Below the pieces are notes generated by a model. The model was not told the DNA's origin, did no database searches, and worked only from the letters and a program-made list of their open reading frames with translations. DNA of 38,426 nt from NCBI GenBank assembly GCA_047920915.1, contig JBLRXB010000002.1:1-38426 (forward strand). The letters are read 5' to 3'. The position numbers and the translations under genes are program-made. Positions 31,984 through 38,426 of the stretch are shown piece after piece. This DNA is from Kiritimatiellia bacterium (GTDB lineage: Bacteria > Verrucomicrobiota > Kiritimatiellia > UBA8416). Every line of letters begins with the position of its first letter. The stretch's first letter is position 1.

Positions 31984-32882
31984 GCAAGCGCAAAGGGATC
32001 ATTCTGGCAGGTGGCGCAGGAACACGACTGCATCCCGTCACCACGGTGATCAGCAAGCAATTATTACCCATCTATGATAAACCCATGATCTACTACCCGC
32101 TCAGCACCCTCATGATGGCGGGCATTCGCGAAATCCTGATCATCAGCACCCCCCAGGACACCCCCATGTTCCAAACCTTGCTAGGGGATGGATCCCAATG
32201 GGGACTTTCCCTCCAATATGCCGTGCAACCAGCCCCCGATGGCTTGGCTCAGGCTTTCATCATCGGCGAATCCTTTATCGGGGACGATTGCGCGACGCTC
32301 ATCCTCGGGGACAATATCTTCTACGGCAATAGCCTTATCACGCAACTTACTTCGGCGGCCCACCAGACAGAAGGTGCCACCGTCTTCGCCTACCCCGTCT
32401 CAGACCCCGAACGCTATGGCGTCGTGGCATTCGACGGCACCGGCCACGCAACCAGCATCGAGGAAAAACCGGCAAAACCGCGCTCGCGCTATGCCGTGAC
32501 TGGCCTCTACTTCTACGACAACGATGTGGTCAAAATCGCCAAAACGGTCAAGCCATCGGCACGCGGGGAACTGGAGATCACCACGATAAACCAGCAGTAC
32601 CTTGCAGCCGGCAAGCTTGCGGTGTCTGTGCTGGGCCGTGGTATGGCATGGCTCGATACCGGCACAAATGATTCTCTGCTGGAGGCCAGCGCATTCGTCG
32701 CGACCATCGAAAAACGACAAGGTTTGAAGATTTCCTGTCCCGAGGAAATTGCCTGGCGGCGTGGCTGGATTACCGATGACGCCTATCTCCAGCTAGCGGA
32801 CAAACTCGGCAAAAGCGCATACGGCAGCTATCTGCGCGATCAAATGCACACGAACCTGATATCGAATGCGCCGAAGGAGTAA
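31980..32882 (+). CDS. rfbA: glucose-1-phosphate thymidylyltransferase
   Basis: [52 protein letters not shown], and [16 protein letters not shown] overlap with rfbB. Confidence 0.95.
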   Translation: MSKRKGIILAGGAGTRLHPVTTVISKQLLPIYDKPMIYYPLSTLMMAGIREILIISTPQDTPMFQTLLGDGSQWGLSLQYAVQPAPDGLAQAFIIGESFIGDDCATLILGDNIFYGNSLITQLTSAAHQTEGATVFAYPVSDPERYGVVAFDGTGHATSIEEKPAKPRSRYAVTGLYFYDNDVVKIAKTVKPSARGELEITTINQQYLAAGKLAVSVLGRGMAWLDTGTNDSLLEASAFVATIEKRQGLKISCPEEIAWRRGWITDDAYLQLADKLGKSAYGSYLRDQMHTNLISNAPKE

Positions 32883-32889
32883 CGCAATC

Positions 32890-33633
32890 ATGCCTGATGA
32901 AAAAGTGCTCGTAATTATCCCGACCTACGATGAGCGCGATAATGTGCAATCTATCGCCGAAGCCGTGCATCTGCATGTTCCCGAAGCGCATATTCTCTTT
33001 GTCGACGACAACTCCCCTGATGGCACCGGCGAACTACTCGATGCCATGCAGAACACGCATCCATACGTAAACGTCATGCACCGTCCCGGAAAAAGCGGCT
33101 TAGGCCGGGCTTACATCGCGGGCTTCAAGTGGGCACTGGAACGCGACTACGCCTTTATCTTCGAGATGGATGCCGACTTCTCGCACAACCCGGCGGAATT
33201 GCCCCGCTTTCTGGCGGCCGCAAAAGAAGCTGACCTTGTTCTCGGCTCGCGCTATTGCAATGGCATCCGCATCACCAATTGGCCCCTAAGTCGACTGATA
33301 CTAAGCAAAGGGGCCGCAACCTATGTCCGCATCATTACCGGGATGCCGGTAACAGACCCCACCGGCGGCTTTAAATGCTTCCGCAGAAGCGTGCTCGAAA
33401 CCATTCCCTTCGATCGCATCATCTCCAACGGATATTCCTTTCAAGTGGAGATGACACACGCCGCCTGGATGCACCGGTTCAGGCTCAAGGAAATTCCCAT
33501 TACGTTTGAAGATCGAATCACGGGGTACTCCAAAATGAGTAGCAAGATTTTCAAAGAGGCTCTCTGGATCGTATGGAAACTAGCCCTGCGCAATCACTTT
33601 CATCGCTACCCCCCCAGAAATGAGACGGCATGA
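32890..33633 (+). CDS. GT2 polyprenyl-phosphate glycosyltransferase (Dpm1/Ppm1-like)
   Basis: The start is at the ATG at 32890 (MPDEKVLVIIPTYDERDNV). FVDDNSPDGT, the MDADFSHNP (DxD region) and the ~247-aa soluble-type size are typical of polyprenol-monophosphate mannose/glucose synthases. Confidence 0.82.
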   Translation: MPDEKVLVIIPTYDERDNVQSIAEAVHLHVPEAHILFVDDNSPDGTGELLDAMQNTHPYVNVMHRPGKSGLGRAYIAGFKWALERDYAFIFEMDADFSHNPAELPRFLAAAKEADLVLGSRYCNGIRITNWPLSRLILSKGAATYVRIITGMPVTDPTGGFKCFRRSVLETIPFDRIISNGYSFQVEMTHAAWMHRFRLKEIPITFEDRITGYSKMSSKIFKEALWIVWKLALRNHFHRYPPRNETA

Positions 33634-34556
33634 GCAACACCAAGCGGCAAAACACGACAACGCGTGCCGACCTGGCGGCCCTACTACAGGCTGCACGACC
33701 CGCACAATGGATCAAAAACGGCATCCTCTTTGCCGCCTTTATATTTGGCTATGGCGATAAATCCCTGCATGTCACTTGGGCAGACGGCTTGCGGGTATTT
33801 CCAGCCTTTATGCTTTTTTCCATGTGCACCAGCGCCGTCTACCTTTGGAACGATATTCTGGATCGAAAGCAGGATCGCCTGCACCCCACCAAACGACATC
33901 GGCCCATTGCCGCAGGAAAACTATCGATCAAGCTGGCGGCTACAGCGGCAATCACCCTGCTACTACTGGCACTGCCACTTTCTGCACTGCTATCGATGCC
34001 CTTCACCCTTGTTCTGCTCGTATATCTAGGGCTGCAAATCGTGTATACCGGACTACTGAAGAAGGTGGCACTTCTGGACGTTTTTGTCATCGCCTCCGGA
34101 TTTGTCCTGCGCGCCGTGGCTGGCGCCGAACTCCTGGCGATTCCCATTTCCCCATGGCTGCTCGTATGCACGTTCCTGCTCGCGCTTTTTCTCGCACTCT
34201 GCAAACGGCGCCACGAAAAGGCCAGTATCGAGGCCAGTGCGGGTGCCCGCCAACGTATCAGTCTCCAAAAATATGACCTGATGCTGACCGATCAACTGAT
34301 CAGCATCGTGGCTGGCGCAACCACCGTTGTGTATGCCATCTATACCCTCTGGCCGGATACTATCGAAAAATTCGGGTCTGCCCGGCTGGCGTTTACGATT
34401 CCCATCGTCATGTTTGGCATCTTTCGCTACCTCGACCTGCTATACCGCGAAAACAAAGGCGATCGCCCCGAACAACTACTGCTTTCGGATATCGCACTAC
34501 TCCTGACGATTTTTACCTACGCTGCAACGGCGGTAGTGCTATTTACCCGTTTTTAA
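33630..34556 (+). CDS. UbiA-family polyprenyl-phosphate phosphoribosyltransferase (Rv3806c/DPPR-synthase-like)
   Basis: RPAQWIKNGILFAA and NDILDRKQDRLHPTKRHRPIAAGKLS closely resemble the DPPR synthase signature. The protein is multi-pass and hydrophobic (308 aa). ATGA overlap with the GT2 gene. Confidence 0.8.
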   Translation: MSNTKRQNTTTRADLAALLQAARPAQWIKNGILFAAFIFGYGDKSLHVTWADGLRVFPAFMLFSMCTSAVYLWNDILDRKQDRLHPTKRHRPIAAGKLSIKLAATAAITLLLLALPLSALLSMPFTLVLLVYLGLQIVYTGLLKKVALLDVFVIASGFVLRAVAGAELLAIPISPWLLVCTFLLALFLALCKRRHEKASIEASAGARQRISLQKYDLMLTDQLISIVAGATTVVYAIYTLWPDTIEKFGSARLAFTIPIVMFGIFRYLDLLYRENKGDRPEQLLLSDIALLLTIFTYAATAVVLFTRF

Positions 34557-34782
34557 CAGGTACAGAAAACCAGGACCCGAAACGACAACGCAAAAAAGTT
34601 TCCATAACGCTTTCGGTTGCCCGCCACAGGACGCGACCCAAACGCTCTTTAACTGACGCCCCACGATCCATACGTCTACAAAGAGCTGCCATGCAAGCTG
34701 TTGCACATTAAAAACAATCCTTGTTGCAAATTCGTTCGGTTTTGCCTTTTCCCACGCGCAGTATGCCAGTAGGATGCCTGGC

Positions 34783-37700
34783 ATGCCTGATCCATTCGTA
34801 CATCTTCATCTGCATACCGCATACAGCATTCTCGACGGTGCCTGCCGTATCGAGCCGCTCATGGACAAGTGCATCGAATACGAAATGCCCGCAGTTGCCA
34901 TGACCGACCATGGCGTCATGTACGGAACCGTGGAATTCTACAAGATGGCCCAAGCCAAAGGAATCCGCCCCATTATCGGGTGCGAAATGTACATCACAAC
35001 CGGTTCGCACACCAATCGCGATCCCTCCGCAAAGCACACCACCCACCACCTAACCCTGCTCGCCCGGAACAATGTTGGCTACCGCAACCTTTCCTATCTG
35101 GTATCGAAAGCGCATCTCGAGGGCTTTTATTATAAACCCCGTATCGATCATGAACTCCTGGCCAAACATGCCGAAGGACTCATTGGCCTTTCGGCTTGCC
35201 TCAAGGGCGAGGTCGCATCGGCCTTGGTTGACGAGAACCTGGATGTGGCCGAAGTCGCCGCCAACCGCTATGCCGATATCCTTGGCAAAGAGAATTTTTT
35301 CATCGAAATCATGGATCATGGTCTGATCGATCAACGTAAAGCCAACCGTCACATGGTTGAAATATCAAAGCGGACCGGAATCCCTCTTGTGGCAACCAAC
35401 GATGTCCATTACATCGATCGTTCCGATGCCGCTGCACATGAGGTTATGCTCTGCCTGCAAACGGGCACAACCCTGAGCGACCCCAATCGTATGCGCTACA
35501 ACAGCGATCAGTTTTACTTCCGCTCCGCCGATGAAATGTATGCCCTGTTCCGGGAAATGCCGGATGCCGTTGCACGTACCGCGGAAATAGCCGATCGTTG
35601 CTTTGTCGAAATGGAATTCGGGACACAGCATTTTCCCACGTACGATGTACCCGCCGGCACCACACAAACCGAATACCTGATCCAACTCGGCCACAAGGGC
35701 TTGCAGGAACTCTACGGCATCGCCGACCCCTTGCACCCGGCCAGTGAACGTGAACGCGAAATCATGCAACGCTTCAACATGGAAGTCAGCATTATCGACC
35801 GCACCAAATTTATTAATTATTTCCTCGTCGTCTGGGATTTTATCCGCTTTGCACACGAAAACCGCATTCCCGTCGGCCCAGGTCGTGGCTCCGGCGGCGG
35901 CAGTATCGTCGCATATACACTCGGGATCATCAGCATTGACCCCCTGCGCTATAACTTGATCTTTGAACGATTCCTCAACCCGGAACGCGTATCCCCGCCT
36001 GACTTCGATATCGATTTCTGCCAGGCCCGACGCGATGAGGTCATCCGATATGTAAAAGAGAAATACGGATCCGACCACGTCGCCCAAATTATTACATTTG
36101 GCTCTCTGGGCGCTAAATCCGTGATTCGCGATGTCGGACGTGTTCTTGAAATTCCATTCGGCAAATGCGACGAATTCGCCAAAATGATCCCGGATGACCC
36201 CAAGATCACCATTGCAAAGGCCCTCGAGAGTAACCCGGAGTTCAAGCAAACCTCCACAAACGACGAGCAGCTCAAGGCCATCCTGAAACATGCCCGCGTG
36301 CTTGAGGGGCTCTACCGCAATCCCGGCACACATGCGGCCGGTGTCGTCATCGGCGAAAAACCCCTGATCGATATCTGCCCGCTCGCCATTGATAAAGACA
36401 AACAGCCCGTTACCCAGTTCGCCAAGGAACCCGTGGAAGAAATCGGGTTGCTCAAGATGGACTTCCTCGGACTCAAGACCCTCACCGTTATTCAAGAGGC
36501 CATCGATCTTATTGAAACCATTCATAATGTTGCAATCGATTTCAAAAAGATACCCGACGATGATCCCAAGACCTACGAGCTATTAAGTCGCGCCGATACC
36601 GTCGGTATCTTCCAGCTCGAAAGCGGTGGTATGCGCGATCTCATTCGCCGCATCGGCATCAGCAACATCGAGGAAATCATTGCCGTTATTGCGCTGTATC
36701 GCCCGGGGCCAATGAACATGCTGCCAGCCTATATTGATCGCAAAACCGGCGAGAAAGCCATTGCGTACGATCACCCCTTGCTCGAACCCATCCTCAAGGA
36801 TACCTACGGCGTGATGGTCTATCAGGAGCAGGTTCAGAAAGCGGCCAACGTGTTGGCAGGCTATTCACTTGGCGAAGCCGACATCCTCCGTCGCGCCATG
36901 GGCAAGAAAAAGCCCAAGGAAATGGAAGATCAACGCACAAAATTCACCAAGGGCTGCAAAACCGTTAACAATATGCCACCCGAGCAGGCAAAACGGATCT
37001 TCGATAATATCGCCCAGTTTGCTGGCTACGGCTTCAACAAGGCCCACAGTGCCGGCTATGCGATTGTCTGCTATCAGACCGCCTACCTGAAAGCCAACTA
37101 TCCGGCAGAATTCATGTGCGCCCTGATCTCATCGGAAATTGGCAATTTCGACAAAATGCCCGGCTTTATCCGGGAAGCATCCGATATGGGCATGCAAGTG
37201 CTCCCGCCGCATGTCAACCACAGCGGCATCCGTTTCATGCCCGAAGGACAAGGCATTCGCTATGGCCTGGCATGCATCAAGAATGTCGGCGAAGGCGCCG
37301 CCGCCACGATTATCCGCGAACGCCAGCAGAACGGCCCCTTCACCAGTCTACTCGACTTCTGTACACGCATCGACACCACCGCAGTCAACAAAAAGGTCAT
37401 GGAAAGTCTCGCCCGCTGTGGCGCACTGGATCTCGACAATATGCATCGCGCACGCACATTCCACGCCCTCGATTTTGCCGTTGCACGGTCAGCCGCTTCA
37501 CAAGCCGACCGCGCCGCCGGACAAAGCAGTCTCTTCGATTTACTGGATACCGGCCCGGGATCGGGCACAACGGAAATCGCCGAAATCCCGGATTGCCCCC
37601 CCTGGCACGAAAATGTCCTACTGGCGGCAGAACGCGAATTGCTCGGCGTCTACATGAGCGGACACCCCCTGTCACACTGTGAATACTTGCTCAAACTCTA

Positions 37701-38316
37701 TGAGACCGCTTCCCTTTCCAATCTGGCCGATATCGAAAATGGCACCCATGTACGGATTGGCGGCCTCGCATCGACCGTCGTCAAACGCACAACCAAAAAC
37801 AAGGAAACCATGGCGATCGTCCAACTGGAGGATCTCAATGGAACCATCGAAGTCGTTGTTTGGCCCTCGACATATACGCGCTACGCCCCCGTGCTCCAAC
37901 AGGATGCCATTCTACTCGTCTGCGGCAGCGCTACGGTCAAGGACAACAGTACGAATTTGATCGCCAAGGAAATTTACCTGCTCCAAGACGCCCCGATGCA
38001 TTTCGCGCAATCTGTCAGCATCCACATCACAACCCCCCAGATCGACCAGCACCTCGCCAAACTAAAGGAAGTAATCAAACTCCATCCGGGAACGGTCCCC
38101 GTTTCGTTATGCCTGCTCTTCCCGGACGGAAACAAAGTCGTCGTCAATGCCGATGTGGAATTTCGCGTCCTGCCCGATGCCTCCCTCATAAAAAGCATCG
38201 AGCAAATCCTGGGAGAAAACACCGTCTTCGTACACGTCTCCCCGCAACCCCTCAAAGATATGACCGCCGCCGCTCCCCGCTACCCCAGTCGCCGCCGCAG
38301 CCCGCAAGAAGCCTGA
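34783..38316 (+). CDS. dnaE: DNA polymerase III alpha subunit
   Basis: PHP domain FVHLHLHTAYSILDG, the palm region GPGRGSGGGSIVAYTLGI...PDFDIDF, and the KMDFLGLKTL and GFNKAHSAGYA motifs. The ATG at 34783 has TAGGA about 8 nt upstream. The ATG at 34774 (ORF track) is an alternative. Confidence 0.95.
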   Translation: MPDPFVHLHLHTAYSILDGACRIEPLMDKCIEYEMPAVAMTDHGVMYGTVEFYKMAQAKGIRPIIGCEMYITTGSHTNRDPSAKHTTHHLTLLARNNVGYRNLSYLVSKAHLEGFYYKPRIDHELLAKHAEGLIGLSACLKGEVASALVDENLDVAEVAANRYADILGKENFFIEIMDHGLIDQRKANRHMVEISKRTGIPLVATNDVHYIDRSDAAAHEVMLCLQTGTTLSDPNRMRYNSDQFYFRSADEMYALFREMPDAVARTAEIADRCFVEMEFGTQHFPTYDVPAGTTQTEYLIQLGHKGLQELYGIADPLHPASEREREIMQRFNMEVSIIDRTKFINYFLVVWDFIRFAHENRIPVGPGRGSGGGSIVAYTLGIISIDPLRYNLIFERFLNPERVSPPDFDIDFCQARRDEVIRYVKEKYGSDHVAQIITFGSLGAKSVIRDVGRVLEIPFGKCDEFAKMIPDDPKITIAKALESNPEFKQTSTNDEQLKAILKHARVLEGLYRNPGTHAAGVVIGEKPLIDICPLAIDKDKQPVTQFAKEPVEEIGLLKMDFLGLKTLTVIQEAIDLIETIHNVAIDFKKIPDDDPKTYELLSRADTVGIFQLESGGMRDLIRRIGISNIEEIIAVIALYRPGPMNMLPAYIDRKTGEKAIAYDHPLLEPILKDTYGVMVYQEQVQKAANVLAGYSLGEADILRRAMGKKKPKEMEDQRTKFTKGCKTVNNMPPEQAKRIFDNIAQFAGYGFNKAHSAGYAIVCYQTAYLKANYPAEFMCALISSEIGNFDKMPGFIREASDMGMQVLPPHVNHSGIRFMPEGQGIRYGLACIKNVGEGAAATIIRERQQNGPFTSLLDFCTRIDTTAVNKKVMESLARCGALDLDNMHRARTFHALDFAVARSAASQADRAAGQSSLFDLLDTGPGSGTTEIAEIPDCPPWHENVLLAAERELLGVYMSGHPLSHCEYLLKLYETASLSNLADIENGTHVRIGGLASTVVKRTTKNKETMAIVQLEDLNGTIEVVVWPSTYTRYAPVLQQDAILLVCGSATVKDNSTNLIAKEIYLLQDAPMHFAQSVSIHITTPQIDQHLAKLKEVIKLHPGTVPVSLCLLFPDGNKVVVNADVEFRVLPDASLIKSIEQILGENTVFVHVSPQPLKDMTAAAPRYPSRRRSPQEA

Positions 38317-38324
38317 CCTCGATT

Positions 38325-38350
38325 CCTTGCACATTCCCCCAAGGTCTTTT
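38325..38350 (+). terminator. weak terminator candidate after dnaE
   Basis: CCTTG (38325-38329) pairs with CAAGG (38340-38344) and is followed by TCTTTT. The stem is only 5 bp with a 10-nt loop. Confidence 0.25.
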
Positions 38351-38426
38351 GCGCCCAGGGTCTGGCCACCGAAATTCTCAAGTATACCAAACGCTGCTTT
38401 ACTTTTCGGGTGCCTACAACTTATCG

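Noticed and set aside
35365-36525. 386-aa ORF antisense to dnaE
   Set aside because: It lies entirely inside the well-supported dnaE frame. The translation has no recognisable motifs and has the Gly/Ala/Val/Asp/Phe-rich look of a shadow ORF on the opposite strand of a GC-rich gene.
1-38426. Search for CRISPR arrays, IS/transposase, integrase, prophage, toxin-antitoxin or dedicated anti-phage defence genes
   Set aside because: None was found. All large ORFs are accounted for by housekeeping, repair or glycan-precursor functions, and RecBCD here looks canonical. ORFs under 60 aa are not in the supplied track and were inspected only in the intergenic regions.

Overview
This is an origin-proximal, mostly housekeeping chromosomal window from a moderately GC-rich bacterium. 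I cannot assign taxonomy by eye. Left to right, the genes are as follows.

- **Left end:** an rmuC 3' fragment, asd, tRNA-Gln(CUG), and dnaN-dnaA flanked by two AT-rich spacers that are oriC candidates.
- **Central block:** an M24 Xaa-Pro peptidase, murA, tkt, and a ~633-aa uncharacterised protein with a PEPCK/HprK-type P-loop, divergent from an AraC-family regulator.
- **SOS cassette:** a DUF3833-type lipoprotein, then lexA translationally coupled to a UmuC-like Y-family polymerase.
- **Repair and cofactor genes:** a tightly overlapping recC-recB-recD operon and a CysG-like protein with a truncated, degenerate methylase half.
- **Glycan operon:** eight plus-strand glycan-precursor genes. They encode a UDP-sugar 6-dehydrogenase, an SDR 4-epimerase, a GHMP-kinase::GalU-like fusion, APS kinase, rfbB, rfbA, a Dpm1-like GT2 and a UbiA-type polyprenyl-phosphate phosphoribosyltransferase.
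- **Right end:** dnaE.

I found no CRISPR array, transposase, integrase, prophage or recognisable defence system.

The most unusual items are:
- the one-polypeptide sugar kinase/uridylyltransferase fusion;
- the uncharacterised P-loop protein with its own regulator;
- a 151-bp MITE-like element (18-bp perfect terminal inverted repeats) upstream of lexA;
- a near-perfect 20-bp palindromic operator inside a putative leaderless lexA promoter;
- MurA with Asp replacing the fosfomycin-target Cys;
- an APS kinase and a D-arabinose-type lipid-donor gene pair embedded in the sugar operon.

All family assignments rest on motif recognition by eye. No searches were run.
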